A stretch of 63,896 bases of DNA, the filler included, from Choristocarpus tenellus KU-1152 (lineage: Eukaryota; Protista; Phaeophyceae), in NCBI GenBank assembly GCA_964200185.2. It is 12 parts of 12 records of this genome, joined end to end, with 100 filler letters (N's around TTAATTAATTAA, not from the genome) between each part and the next. Parts side by side here need not be neighbours in the genome. Positions count along the whole stretch, not along the records: positions 1 to 5,720 come from CAXNAD020009914.1; positions 5,821 to 13,502 come from CAXNAD020005763.1; 10 more parts are not named here. One strand, given 5' to 3'. Every line of letters begins with the position of its first letter. Within the stretch, counting starts at the first letter, position 1. The notes beneath the pieces were generated by a model, which was not told where the DNA came from, did not search any database, and was given only the letters and a program-made list of their open reading frames with translations. The translations under genes and the position numbers were made by a program. This document shows positions 1-13,450 of this stretch, one piece after another.

Positions 1-340
1 GTGCAGGGGGTGTTGTTCCCCCCCAGGTTACCCAGTCTTGGCCAACGATTTCCGCAAGGCCTTCTGAGGGGACACCTGTAGAAAGGAGGGTGCGGATGGA
101 CAACCCTAAGGCCTGTATTGTAGGGCTTGTACAGGTAGCTTGTGAGAAGGACTCGCCATGAGGTCCTTGCTGCCTTGCTAGGAGGGTGGGGAGAGTAGCC
201 ACCAGTGATCCTACTAAAGCTGCATGTTGGCGGTGTTTCATGGAAGAGAGGCCCAGACCCACCGCACTTGTAGGTATCTGTGCCTGTACTTGGTGTGTCT
301 CTAGGCGGAGAGACCCATTGTTGCATGACTGTATCAGGCG
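1..340 (-). mobile_element. Degenerate non-LTR retrotransposon fragment (CRE-like, region just C-terminal to the RT domain)
   Basis: Manual minus-strand translation running off the window edge: CNNGSLRLETHQVQAQIPTSAVGLGLSSMKHRQHAALVGSLVATLPTLLARQQGPHG...GVPSEGLAEIVGQDW. This resembles the QAxLP..GGLGL.S....AA.VGS motif of CRE/RLE-type elements (recalled pattern, not searched). Confidence 0.5.
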
Positions 341-2721
341 TGGACCGACAATTTCCGCCGTCACTCTCCAACTCAACTCCAGAGACTGTCAACTCAGAAC
401 AGTACATTTTCTCCGGTCTGATTTCAAGTGGCAGTGATCTTGTAAAGGGTACTACTATAATCCTGTACTATTTGTAAATGCTTAAAAAAAGGCGGCAACA
501 AAAACCAACTGATAAGTAAGGAAAATAAAAACATTAAAAAAAAAGTGTTTTTTGAATTAGCAACTGTTTTTATATCTATGCTAATTTGTTATTTTAGATA
601 CGGGGTATCCTCCTTCAGGCAACTAACTCTATGTAGACTTCTATTTCATCCCAACTAATTACTTAGTGTTTATCCCAACACGGCGACAATCGAAAGGAAT
701 AGAACCAGCCCAGACACTCCATTGCATCATGCATCCAACTAATAAACACTAATATAATAATCAACCGATCAAACGCTGCTTACTAAGAATTCAAATTCTC
801 AACCCTTCAGGCCAAGATGGTTCTACAGAATTTTCCAACAACAAAAATGATGTGCGCCTACGAAACCAAAAAAAACATCCAGGTAAAAAAAAACAAAAAC
901 AAAAAACTTCCACAAATCGGTCAGTTCGCATAAATAAACTTTCCGCACTCTATATATTTAGGAACGCTGCAGGAATATTCCAAGGAGAGACAATTTTTGA
1001 ACATATTTCAACAGACAGAATAGACATGCACTACTTATCACCGATCATACCACAACCTGCATTAAAAAAAAAAAATCCTATCCAATAAGCCTAAGAGAAG
1101 AAGGTATAACCCTACAGGACTATAAAAACAAGCGGTGCTTACAAACAAAGAGTGTTATTACCATGTTCAGTGACCGCAACACTGCAAGTTGCCACAAACC
1201 ACCTCTGATTATTCCTCGCTTGAATCCGTTCGGAAGGCAAATTAAGTTGTGCTCCTGTTCAAAAATTTTTAAGTCACGTTTTTTTTACGTTCACGTTTTC
1301 AATTCCCATTTTATTTTATTTTTTTCAATATTGGAAACCGGTGAAAATGTGAAATAAAAATAAAATGAACGGCGGGGCGGCCAATGAACAACAACCAGCA
1401 CATCAAAAATTGACCCTCCAATTTGGTCTCATCGCCACCAGAAAAAATATCAATGGGAGTGGGGGGAACATATGATGGCAACGTAAGCCTCAAAAAGGAA
1501 GGATTCGCTGATGCAATATCAATGCCATGTGATGTATTTGTACTAACTACTTCAAAGAAGTTGCACTATTCCATACTTCCTTGAGAGCTTTTTCAATCAT
1601 CATAAAACCATCCTACAAACACGACCAAATCAATACATCATCACCCACCACCTCACTGCTGTTATCACCTTTGCCTGCCCCGTAGTGGCTACAAGCTCTG
1701 CCACAGGAAGCACCCTGACCTTACCAGGTAGATTTTAAAGCACTACATTACATACCGGCTGGTTGGAATGGTTACTTCCAATCTGATCCAACAGGCTAGC
1801 AAAAATAAACAGTATCAAGTACAATTAAAAATAAATAAATATATATATATATATATTAGTTGTATTGTTGCCTTGAGGTAAGCCTAGTATGATAATCCTC
1901 TAAATGAGAAATCTCTTACCACTGCTATCAATAATAATGGCAACAGCATAGTATGATGCTTCCCGCCAAGAATTTCACAGATTGCAAATATATAATATAT
2001 AATATATATATATGTATGTATGTGTATGTATCATGTTTATTAGAGAGCACTAACCCTAACCCTACAAAACGAAAATCTTCGTTGGTGAGTGAATTTTTTC
2101 TTGTACTAAAGTAGCTCTTGATATCACTTACATTACAGCACAACAAACAAATCCTGAAACATTTGTTACAAAAAAATTGAAACACACACACACACACGCA
2201 TGCATGCATGCATGAATGCAGCCAGTTTGCCAGGACAGGGAGAGGAAATCCCTCATTCCAAAGCAGTGAAAAAAACAATAACCTCTGGGTACAGCTCTGA
2301 GAGCCTCTACAATACAAACATAGAGGTCAACATTGTAAGTGTTTCAAAGAAGGACAATAGAAGGTGTTATCACAACCACACCAGTCTCTCTCTCAGGATC
2401 ACCTACAGAACAAGACACATGCACTACAAACAACCTTCCTTACCTCCTGCACTACAAACCCCAATACNNNNNNNNNNCCCCCCGCCCATCCCATCCCAAC
2501 AAACACCCACATCCAAAATAACCAGTCAAAACAGAGACTTAAAAACGAAGTTTTCAACAACAAAATAGACTTGAAATATATACATTTAATTATTACTTTC
2601 CTACTACAACTACTACTACTACTACTGCTAAAAGAACAAATATAAAAAAATGTAAGGTGTCACCTCTTGTTGATACTGCAGTAAAGTAATAACCGCCACT
2701 AGGGTTAGGGGGTTGGCATAC

Positions 2722-3008
2722 CTCTCTGGCTTGTGAGAGGGTGTTGTTCCACTCCTGCTGCTCCGCAAGCTTGGCAGCGACGGACTCCTCCAGCAAAGAG
2801 GCTTCCTCCCGAACACGTGAAGCCTTTTGCCTTGCTTCTGCTAACTGCACACAAGACACAGCACAAACACACAAACACACAAACCAAGAATTGCATTCAT
2901 GCCAGACGCACGATGTCCACACGCACGATTCATGATATTACATCAACACCGAACGATGAAAAACAAAAAAAGGGGGGGGGGGGGGGGGGGGGGGAAAAAA
3001 AATAAAAA

Positions 3009-3047
<39 letters not shown>

Positions 3048-5510
3048 AATTTTTTATACATTTTTTTTTNNNNNNNNNNAAAAACGGAGGAAAGGAAGAA
3101 AAAAGAAGGGGGGGGAGGGGGAGAGGGGGAGAGTTATCTATACTCCAGAGTACTAAAAAAAAATGAAAAAAGAAATTTGCTGACATTTTCTTCACTGAGA
3201 TTTTTTTTTTTTTTTGATGGAATACGAAACAGTCACCGAGAGAGAAAAAACAACCAAATAAACAAAAAAAAAATGTGTATACCGAGAACTACACGCTGAG
3301 CAAAAACTTTTTATTTATATATTAGAACTTACTTGTGTACGTCACACGTCCTATATAGCGAGAGAATGAAATCCCAAACGCCTCCCGGAGTTCCGGAGGC
3401 AGGAAGGCGTGTTTATGCCCGGCAACCACGTCGCATCCACCCACAAAAGATCAACCAGCAACAACAACAGCGGTGTGTTGTGTGACCCTCACCTTGCGAA
3501 GACTGCCTGTCTGTGACCCTCGCCTAGCCTCCTGACCCACTCGAGCGCCTGCATCAGTTTCCTGTGAACAGAAGAATCACCGAAATTGCATCGGGAGGGT
3601 GGGTGGGTGGGTGGATGGGTGGACGGATGGGTGAAAATTCTATGTCGTTGGGCAGAGTATTTTTTTTTTGCTTCTTCTAATTATTGTGTTGGCATACATA
3701 AACGCCTTCATTCGTACCGACAAAATATATTAATCTTTATTTACTGGGAAAGAAAAGGAGAGACCGAAATAGACGGCACCCTTTAAAAAACAAAAGAGAT
3801 GGAAAACGATCACCAGAAATAATAATAAAAACTAAAAAGTGTATACTTTTGTCTAACAATGCGACCCGATAGTTGTTACTCCATACCAGAAAAAAAAGGG
3901 AAAAAAAATATATTTACTTCAAACCGCAGGACAAGTACTCTCTGTCTCTCTCTGTCTCTCTGGAGCAGACAGTTTACTATAGTACATCCTAAAAAGAGTT
4001 AAATAGTTTACAAAGATACAACTAGACTGTAGTACATCCCAAGAATAGTCAAATAGTTTACAAATAAGATACAACTAGACAGTAGTATATCCCAAAAATA
4101 GTTAAATAGTTTACAATAAAGATACAACCAGTTATAATACCACATACACTTCAAGAATACAATACCCACTACACCAAATCCAACTGGTCTGACACGATAC
4201 ACAGCGGACAGCACACTTGACGGGGAAAAGGTACAAGAAATATCGTGACAAATGAAGGTATACTTACAGTACATTGAGCCGTTGACACTTGTTGACAATA
4301 AGAGGTACAAGACAATGCGAGTTTTTTTTTTTTTTCCGGACAAGATGAAAGTTACAACCGTAATAAGGTACCTTGCAGTATCAACACACCGTGACAATGA
4401 AAGATACACATAGTGTACCTTTTACGGTCAACGAACAAGAAGGAGAGAGCACTACCTACGGAAACAGCAGCACACGCCCACTCTTGACAGTCATTGCTTA
4501 CCCTCACACAGTTGGGCAGTGCCATAGTCTTGTCATCCTTACTGACCCAAGCAGGTCCTACATCAAGTCACACACGATAGAATAATAATAATAATAATAA
4601 TATTAATAATAATACACAAAAATAAACAAGTTCACGAAACCCATTTCCCACTATCCAACTGGTGCAGTCCCTCTCTCTACAAAAAAAACAAAAACACCCC
4701 CCCCCCCCAAAAAAAAAGAAGTACACCAATATTATTATTATTAATTACTAATATTAGTACTCCAACGTTGTTTGAAGGAGCCATTAATATATTTTTTCTT
4801 TTCCTCCTCCACAAACTGTTTCGACCTTCAACTGACGTCAACTCATGGAATACTGTGTTGTACAGGCGGGTACCATTCATACAAGACATCATGACCTTCC
4901 GACATAAACATGACCCACGATGATACCCTTCCCGCCCGACTCTTCCCGACTAACACACTCATACCCACTCCTTCCTTCCACTCGCCGCCATCCTATTTCA
5001 AACAAAAACCACACAAACCAGAAAAAAAAAAGCACACACACACACACACACAAGGCAGTAGTACAAGTATTATCGCCGAGCAGTTCCGGTTCGCAGGTTG
5101 CGCTCTGTAGCGCCACAGCAAAACTCTGTAGCATCAATACACTCCCTCTACAAAACGTTTGTGGAGCAGTAACCCTCGAAATTTCTTACCACAAGCAGAG
5201 AGTTCTCGACCAAGTGCATGCATCACAACAAACATCGCATATCCTCAACCCTAACCCTAAAAATTGACCCACAAAAACAAAAGAAGATCAGCTTCCTTCT
5301 ATCTCTCTATGCCACATACCTCAAGCAAAGTCTCTGTGGCAGAGACAATACCACGGCCCACCGTTATGACCAGGTCCTTGGCTAAGGGCTGGGCGACGGC
5401 CCCAACAGAGCTCGCGACGGCCCCCAGGTTCTCTGCTACTGCCCCTGCTGCGCCACGCCAGCTGAAGCCCCCAGTCTTGAAGCCGTCAACAAATTGGCGC
5501 ATGGCCCGCC
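2722..5510 (-). CDS. Partial multi-exon gene for an unknown protein with a coiled-coil segment
   Basis: AG/GT-bounded exons 5320-5510 (RAMRQFVDGFKTGG...SATETLLE), 3493-3561 (ETDAGARVGQEARRGSQTGSLRK) and 2722-2844 (LAEARQKASRVREEASLLEE...SQARE) splice in phase 0 without stops. The exons are GC-richer than the flanking introns. Confidence 0.55.
3970..4130. repeat. Imperfect ~50-53-bp tandem repeat, ~3 copies
   Basis: The unit aaatagtttacaaa(ta)agatacaactagac.gtagta.atccca recurs at about 4001, 4051 and 4104. Confidence 0.6.
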
Positions 5511-5648
5511 CCTTTTTTTTGTTTTGCAATATATATATATATATACATATTTTAAAAAGCAGGTTATGTGAAATAGTTAAATTGGTACTGGCTTTTTTTC
5601 TCAGTGACCTTTCGAGGTAGAAAAAAAAAAGGATGCATTTGGAAAAGT

Positions 5649-5684
<36 letters not shown>

Positions 5685-5720
5685 GGGGGGGGAGGGGATT
5701 TTTGGAAGTGGGGGGGGGGG

Positions 5721-5820
5721 NNNNNNNNNNNNNNNNNNNNNNNNNNNNNNNNNNNNNNNNNNNNTTAATTAATTAANNNNNNNNNNNNNNNNNNNNNNNN
5801 NNNNNNNNNNNNNNNNNNNN
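5721..5820. other. Artificial contig-joining spacer (44N-TTAATTAATTAA-44N), first of 11
   Basis: Identical spacers at 5721-5820, 13503-13602, 23094-23193, 26646-26745, 32674-32773, 39521-39620, 47170-47269, 50720-50819, 53621-53720, 57877-57976 and 61155-61254. The 12-mer has stop codons in all six frames. Confidence 0.97.
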
Positions 5821-5836
5821 TTTCACTCCTCCCTCT

Positions 5837-6017
5837 GGCTCAAAGTTTCTGGGGGGGCGGGGGTGGCTGTCCATTTGGGGTCAATTTTTTCATGTGGCGA
5901 TTTTTGGGTGATTTGGTTGCATACTTCGGATGGATAATGTAAGTGCATTTTTCCTTTTTCTGGCTCAAATGGACACCCTAGTGTAACCCCTCCCCCCCAT
6001 CCCAGAAACGTTGGGTC
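5837..6017 (+). mobile_element. MITE family B (~180 bp, poly-G/poly-C subterminal tracts)
   Basis: GGCTCAAAGTTTCTGGGG...CCCAGAAACGTTGGGTC, flanked by TCT on both sides; body shared with the other B copies. Confidence 0.75.
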
Positions 6018-6733
6018 TCTTCTTCTCCTCCTATCTAAGCCTAGACAGGAGATAAGTTGAATACATACGTGGCCAACAGAGTACTCTTAAGCCCAAGTCA
6101 TCGTTATCCCACATAGAGAGAACGAGGATCACTACTTCTGGGCATATATTTTCCTCGTAGTAGCAGGTAGAGCAATCAAGAAGGTTGGAGTACACTTTCT
6201 GTCGGTGGGACGCAAATCCGCGTCAAGATCTACAAGTTTTTTCTCAGTGAGTCCATGAGAATATGTATCACATTCAACCTCAGGTGGACATACTACCCAC
6301 CCTTTCCCTGTACTCTCATGCTGTCAAACGGCACCTCATCCGACACAATATAATGCACTCCTGGTGTCCCTTAGGGTTGAATATATCGCACATTGGAGGC
6401 ATGTCCCACAGCAATAATCTGCCCTTCGACTCAACAGCACACAATATCTATATCTTGTCTTTGTAGTGTATACCCAAAACTTACGCTTGTGTTGTATGTA
6501 CATAGTACCATTTCGAAAATTGTCAAACGGATAATAATGTATCATTCCCAAAGCATGTACAAAATCTACTAGTTGTACTCCGCTTTCATGTCTTTTTGCA
6601 TTGATATTCCCTCTAAACCTTTTATGGAAGTTAGACCCTAGGCAGATGGGTCAGTAATAACAGTATACCACACGTTACAGCATATCATCATTATAGGCAT
6701 AAAATTATTAATGAAGTGGTACACGCTTATACT

Positions 6734-6990
6734 GATTCAAAGTATCTTAGAGGGTAAAGCTGCGTCCGTTTGGGGGTCAAAATCTAATGTTGCGATTTTG
6801 ACTTAATTTTGGCTATCGTATATGTTAGGAATGGTCGATATCCTTCTTCTGGACACACCTTTTCATAACGTATACATTTTACCTACTCCAAAACTTCGGA
6901 GTAGGAAAATGTTGTAAAAAATCCCGAGGGAAGCCAAGCCCCAAACGGACAAACAGCGCAAAATTCCTACCCTCTAAGATACTTTCACTC
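6734..6990 (+). mobile_element. MITE family A (~257 bp)
   Basis: TIRs GATTCAAAGTATCTTAGAGGGTA / TACCCTCTAAGATACTTTCACTC; 3-bp direct repeat ACT. Confidence 0.85.
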
Positions 6991-7363
6991 ACTGTCATGC
7001 CACACACAACCACAAGGTATCCCCAATTACTCCTGTCAGTTGTACAAAGCATGCATCACATTCATGTACCTCTGTGTATGTCTGTGCTTCCTGCACACTT
7101 GAGATGAAACACTAGTCCACACCAGCACCAATGCTACAAATGTTGCAACACATACTTCGAGTACCCAAGGCATGGTGGGTTGGGGCTTGTGAGTCGATGA
7201 GGATGCTATGGTTGTGTACACAAGGGAAAAGAGTGGCGTACATGCTGGTGGGAACGTGAAGGGAATGGGAAACGTGCTCTAAGAAGAGACTTGCGGTAAG
7301 GATGCTCTGAATTGATCTTAAGGTAGGTGTGGGTAAAATGCTCGGAGTAGAGGCTTCGGGTAA

Positions 7364-7540
7364 GGCTCAAAGTATCTGTGGGGGGGTGGCGGCTGTCCGT
7401 TCGGGGCCAATTTTTGCATGTCGCGATTTTTGTGTGATTTGGTTGCATGCATCAGACGGATAATGTAAGTGCACTTTTCCTGATCAGGGTCCCAATGGAC
7501 ACCCGGGTGTAGACCCCCCCCCGCCCAGATACTTTTAGAC
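7364..7540 (+). mobile_element. MITE family B copy
   Basis: GGCTCAAAGTATCTG...CAGATACTTTTAGAC; same body as the other B copies; no clear TSD. Confidence 0.75.
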
Positions 7541-8507
7541 GTGATGGTTGATGGTGATGATGGGGCTGAGGTTTGTGTATTTTGGGTAGGTCGGTGGTGT
7601 TCAGAATGTGGAAGGCTGGCAAGGTGAGTTGCGGGGTTCCATCATGCACTGTTCAAACCGACGCGGTGGACAGCGCACATCTGTTGTTCCATGCCGTCTC
7701 GTATGTGGTGAGTGTGGATGAACAGTACGCACGCAAAATACGGCCCCAGATCGGACCTTATTTCAACAAGTTCCACGCCAGGAGCTAAACCCTGCATCAG
7801 AAAATTCCAATTGTCTTCCTCTCGCAGAAGAAGTGAACTGCCAACATAATTAATTTTCTAGGAGATTTTACCCTGGGTTTCAGCTAGTCACTTCGAATTC
7901 AAAGGTTTTGTGTGTGATCATTTTGAGAAAGATAGCCCTACATCACGAGTTTGTGGCTTATTACTTTTATGTCCTGGTCGCGTTTACACAACTCTGCACT
8001 GTCAAGTTGTGTCCCATCTTCATCAAAGACCTATCAAGTAGAGGTTTGTAGTAGTACAGTTTACGTTTTTCATGCTTCTGTGGTGGTTGGGATTTCGATA
8101 AAAAACAAATAGATGTTAATATTTGTTTTGCGGGCAAATATTAGTATTCTTGTACATACTTTGAACTCTTCTCAGTACTACAATCCGCCTAAAAGCAATA
8201 AATTTATTGAGCCTTCAGCATATCCGGAACTCTATACCATCTAAACTACAAATCTGCAGTCTATGTAATGGAATGCTGTTGAATGAGCAGACAGCACAAT
8301 ATGCCAACTGACACTGAAGTTGATTATTATACTGTGCGGAATTTGATACCTTGAAATTTCGACTTATTTTTGGTATTGCACAGTAGACATTTTTATTTCA
8401 TTGGTGTCAATCAAGCACAACACCAACCAGGCACATTAATCATAGCAGTGGCATTGTTAAAAAAATTATACCTTCAAAACACAAGACACAATGTTGTGCT
8501 TTCAATA

Positions 8508-10106
8508 CAGTAAGGGTCCCACTTTAGTGCTGCCCGGAATAGTTCATGTCCTGCAACAGCGCGGTTAAAATCGCTTGGCACGACTTCGGTCCCTCCATAG
8601 TGCGGTTAGGGGGTCATGATGACCCTGAATAGTGCGGTCACCACACATTCTCTCTCTACACACCACAGACACACAGAAAGCCTGTCATACTGTACTACAG
8701 CAGTACTACTGTTGTGCAGCAGTAGGCGTGTCACACGCGATGCCCTGTGCTGCAGGTGAGCTATGCCTGTTTCCCGACATGACCCCAAAAAAAACTAACG
8801 GCCATGTATGCCAATGAGGCTGTTGTCTCCGGCTCCACGGCACCTGTGGTGAAGTGGAGCTGGAGAGCGGTAACGAATTGCACCGCATCTGCCCCACATG
8901 CGTTGCTGCCAAGCAGTCCTTGCAAGCTGCCGTGGGCAAGCGCAAAGTTGGTGCGGCATCTTCCTTGGGAGGGCCTGGAGCCGCCAAGAAAGCAGCATTC
9001 ACGTCCCGCGGATGGCTGACTCTGGGGCAGAAGCTGGAAGTTGTGGAGCTGCTGGGCCAAAAGGTTACTCACACCGAGATAGCTCGGAGGTACAGCTGCA
9101 GCAGGAGAACGGCATCGGACATCGCCAGTAGCAAGGAACAACTGAAGAACCGGGGCGCCACAGCCTCAGCATGCGAGATCAACGCCAAGGCCGTGAGAAA
9201 AGTGCCTCCGCTTTATTTGGAACTTTCTTCCCACTTCCATCACTTGGAGACATCACCGAGAAATGTGGCATGCAGGAGGCCGCTTTCCACCTACAGAAGG
9301 CCAGGATGGCAATGATCAACGCGCATGCCTCTAAGCCTGTACAACAGACAGACATTAGAGCCTTTGCGAGCCTACCAGAGACGGATATGTAGTGGAGAGC
9401 GGGGTTGTAGTGGTTCAGTGTCTTAATTCCAGCTGTAATTTGTCTTGATTTTCAGGTGTATCGCTGGTGGTACCATTCGGTTACGGTTTGGTGTAGAAGC
9501 GATGAGTAGGCTCGGGCACAGGCAGTCACTCCTACTGCTCTGCGCTCTGGCGCTTGGTGGGTTTTGAGTGCGGTGTGCGGTGATATGAGTACAGTATGAA
9601 TGGATCGTCATCAGGGCTCTGAGCATGATCTGTACTCTGAAACGTATCGTGTATTGCTATGATATGTGTGAGATACAACAGCACTACAGCAGGACCATAC
9701 TGCTGTTATTCCCTTTCTGGATACAGTATATACTGCTGTACATTGCCCAGTACCGCTGTCTATGCGATATGACACAATGTGCATGGTACGGAATGCGCTG
9801 CCACAAATACAACAGTTACAGTTTCATACAGCAGTACAGTACTCGAAACAAGCAGCCACGACCGTCCTCTTATCACACTCCATATTACCCACGTGGCCGC
9901 ACACGTTTTGTGCAGTAGGCGATACTGCTGTACCAGGTATGTGTTTATGGTGTGTCATTACTCTGAAATACGCGCGTATGTAGATGGTTTCCTTGAATAG
10001 TGCGATCACCGCACTATTCAGGAATGTTAACGAATAGTGCGGGGTCCCACAATAGTGCAGTAAATGCTTCTTCTCACTGCACTGCACTAAAGTGGGACCC
10101 TTACTG
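8508..10106 (+). mobile_element. Internally deleted pogo/Tigger-like DNA transposon (1599 bp)
   Basis: Perfect 23-bp TIRs CAGTAAGGGTCCCACTTTAGTGC (8508-8530) and GCACTAAAGTGGGACCCTTACTG (10084-10106); TA on both sides; repeated subterminal ATAGTGC(G) motifs; internal HTH-coding ORF. Confidence 0.85.
8854..9392 (+). pseudogene. Truncated pogo-like transposase: psq/CENP-B-type HTH plus C-terminal tail, no DDE domain
   Basis: LTLGQKLEVVELLGQKVTHTEIARRYSCSRRTASDI is HTH_psq-like. After a frame change near 9245 the tail reads CGMQEAAFHLQKARMAMINAHASKPVQQTDIRAF. There is no room for a catalytic domain. Confidence 0.7.
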
Positions 10107-11004
10107 TAGTGCCACCGTCCATGCATGGAGGAACAATACAGAATCAATCAGCAACGAGAAAGACAAAAAGACAGGTAGGGAGGATAAAAAATAGATAGTA
10201 GCAGAGATAGTGGATCGACACGATGTTGTATGCATGTGCGTAACTCCCACTCATCCGTTCTATAGTCGGACAAATGGTGGATAGTAACAACTCTAAATGA
10301 AGCAGAATAGTGTTCCGGAGTAGATGGCATGGCGCAAATATGCTACGCAGAATAGCAGCACACTCCGATAGGCAGGCATGCTACACGGCTAGGCATTTCA
10401 TTGTACATGCCTGCAAAACCTGCTCGGTAATTACTAGATACCCACTGTTCTACAATATATACTCACATGTAATCCCTCTCGTGCACATGTCAAGTGCCCA
10501 CTGTATGGTGTGCTCTCCTTTGCAAACCATTGCACTTTATGCCGAACAAAAAACTAAGCAGTCTAGCAGCTATCAATGAGCTATTTCTGTCTCTACAATA
10601 CCGTACTAACACCACCAATGAACAGGAAACACAACGGTAAATCCGTTCACAACATCACAACATCAAAAAACCATGCCAAAGACACTTTTTAGCCCATAGT
10701 CACATACCTAGCAACAACATGGCAAACCTGGAAAAGAGCCTTCTGTAAAATACACCACAATTGGTGCCCCCTCCCCCCTCCCCATGATCCTGTGTCCATG
10801 CACTACACCAACAAAAGCTATGAAGTTGATCGGGTCAAGCAGTAAGCTGCGTTAGTGTATCGCCTAACCCAACTCTGGTGCACTTCATGGAAGGCCACAA
10901 GTCTATACTATCCTAGCCACTCCATCACACTTGCATCTGTCATTTTCACAAGGGCAACAATTGACTTGGTGCATGTCTTCTCCTTGGCCATCAGTGCCTG
11001 CTTG

Positions 11005-13450
11005 TCATCTTAAGCTATCTAGGAAATTGGCCAGATTGGGAGTTAGGTCAGCAGCTGCAGTCTGTGCACCGACCTCCACACCAGACATCACATCGAAGAA
11101 CACCTGGCAGTGCAAAGAAGAAATGTGTTAAATGGAAGGTTGGTCATTAAAGTGAATCTGAGGACATTGGCTGCAAGGTGCCACAGACAGGAAGGCGTAG
11201 CAACGGGGGAACGACAAATCGGGTGTAGCGGGTCCCACACAAAAGGCTTTCAAAACAAGTGGACCTTGGCACTCAAATCAAGAAGTTGTTCCTCTCCATT
11301 TTTCCTGACAAGACGTCAGAGACAATTTGTAATGTCACACACGCAACCAGCCTTCAGAACAAGTAGAAATGCTATCTCCTACTAGTGTATTGCTGTCATC
11401 ATCACGCTCTAATCAACACGTGCAAGAAAAGCAGTGCCTTGTTGGCCAACTTGCACCTCAAAACTTTGACAAAAAATGTAAGGCACTCTTTTGGAGTGTG
11501 TCATCATAGAACATAGAACAGGTACCCAAACTGTAACAAAACAATCATGCTCATCGATCAATGTGTCAAATGCCCCTTCTCCTTCATGCATGGCACCTTG
11601 AGGTCATCTGGTCCCACACTAGCAAGGCGCTTCATGAAATCATAAAGGAAGAACTGTAGGGCAATGTTCACTGCAGACTTGATGGCACGGGGAAGTGTGC
11701 CCTTGTAAAATGCTGCAGCCCCACCATCCTGGTACAATTCTTTCACCTAGAAAATAGGGAGGGAGGTGGACTAGGGGGTGTCATTCCAAGGAGAGGTAAG
11801 TTTTGGGAGATGGAGGCTGCAGGCGGCAAGCTGAGGGAGGAATGAGGTGCTCTAGTTCATCAATACACAACACACTGTGCATGAACACATCTGTCCAGCA
11901 TTCACTTTGCGCCTTCTGAACAACACTGGTTTTGAAAGGAGGGAAGTCCTTACAAGATGATTTGGTAGTGTAGACTGTCATAGGTTTTGCTTGTTGGGGT
12001 GAGGAATATTCAGACCATTGCTCTAAACTTCACAACTAATTGGACTGTCTTGAGCGGAACAGACGACGAGTTTTCACATTGCCTGAAGCGCTTTTTGAGA
12101 GGTTCCTGGTGACACCAGAGACAAAAAGGAACCATGAAAAATTCTCAAGATACATATACACACACACACACACACACACAACACACACACACATACATGG
12201 TGATGGTATGCGACCGACCAAACGCTTATATCTAAACAAAACAAAACATGCAGGACTGCTATAAGCTCAAATCATTGCGATGTTACCCCAGTACCTGTGG
12301 ACCTGACAGCTACTACCCGACTCTGAGAAAAAAGAAGCAGTAATTCACACAGGCTCGAGACTTTCCCCACAAGCCCGTACTTGTGGAAGAACAAGCTCTG
12401 ACAAGACCACTTCCATACCTTCGACCCGATGCTGACTGCTCCCTCAGCTTGATTGTTTACCTCCACGAGGATCGTGTCTGAAGGCTGAGATACAATGGAT
12501 GCAAGCACACCCGCTATCAAAGGCAAGGGTATGAAGAGGCTCAGCGATGTCAAAGTAACCGTAAGGTTAACCCACAGTTACATTTCAAGGATGTCGGCAA
12601 ATACGTGCAAAATTTGACTCTTTTTTTTTGCTGTTGTACAAAAGCGTGCAGAATATATACATACATATATGTATATATTTCCGAATGATGTCGAAATATT
12701 TCAAACAATAGACAAACAAATGCTCTCATGTCGAACTTAGTACTGCATTCGCAGAGATACATACGGGTGAACCACAAAAGATATAAAAAACTGGCTTACA
12801 ATGTAAAACGGCCAAAAACTGGATACCTCTCGTTTAACTTGGGGTCAGTGGCAGGTTAGAGATTGATCCTCGCAAGTGATTCCCGGAAGCAGTAAACATA
12901 AAAAAAATCGGTTACATCTGATAATGGTGGATCCTCCTTTGGCGACACCATCAGCGCACACTCTTTGGAAGGCGTGATGTGGCAGGATAGGAGCTTGGTG
13001 AGATTGCAGCGAAGCGCTAGTAGTAGCAAAGGAATATCCTCCTTTCCTTTGCTTTCAGGGACTAAAGTGCAAGAAAAGGGAATGAAGCAAAAATCAGAAT
13101 GGACTAATACACCTAGCGCCATATTTTTTTACCCCAGGCAAGGTCCCCTGCTAGCTTGGGGGGGCTTCTTCCAAAAACGCACCGGTGTGTACCACTAGGC
13201 TGGACAAGTTTTTTTATTCAAGCACATCAGCATGTTGGGACTTCTGGATGAGAACATACACATGAATAAAAAAAATTTCCCCCACACGAATTCTCACCAA
13301 TCATACCACTAACAAGAGAGATGGCAAGGGATGGCAGCACAGACTCAGCAGCCAGGGGAAAAAGGCTGAAGGCCAATTTTGATGTTGCATCAAAGACAGC
13401 AAACTTTGTCATCATGAAAGGGATTTCTGCAAGAAGGAGGACCGGCACCC
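11005..13450 (-). CDS. Mitochondrial carrier (SLC25) family protein, phosphate-carrier-like; last four exons (5' part lost at the contig break)
   Basis: Exons 13298-13450 (VPVLLLAEIPFMMTKFAVFD...SLVSGMI), 12419-12513 (AGVLASIVSQPSDTILVEVN...), 11597-11746 (VKELYQDGGAAAFYKGTLPRAIK...LQFFLYD) and 11005-11103 (VFFDVMSG...LDSLR*). All have AG/GT sites and splice in frame. Carrier signatures Px[DE]T and FYKG are present, and xIPxxMxKF matches MIR1/PIC2-type carriers. Confidence 0.85.
12546..12846 (+). mobile_element. MITE family C copy (degenerate) in a carrier-gene intron
   Basis: Right end CTGGATACCTCTCGTTTAAC and internal catttcaaggatgtcggcaaatacgtgcaaaatt match the 29903-30150 copy. Confidence 0.55.

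Noticed and set aside
5249-5260. Telomeric CCCTAA repeats (also near 2053, 2700 and 22300)
   Set aside because: Only about two units each and interstitial; not a telomere.
5765-5776. Recurring TTAATTAATTAA palindrome as a biological motif
   Set aside because: It is always centred in 44N flanks; it is an assembly linker.
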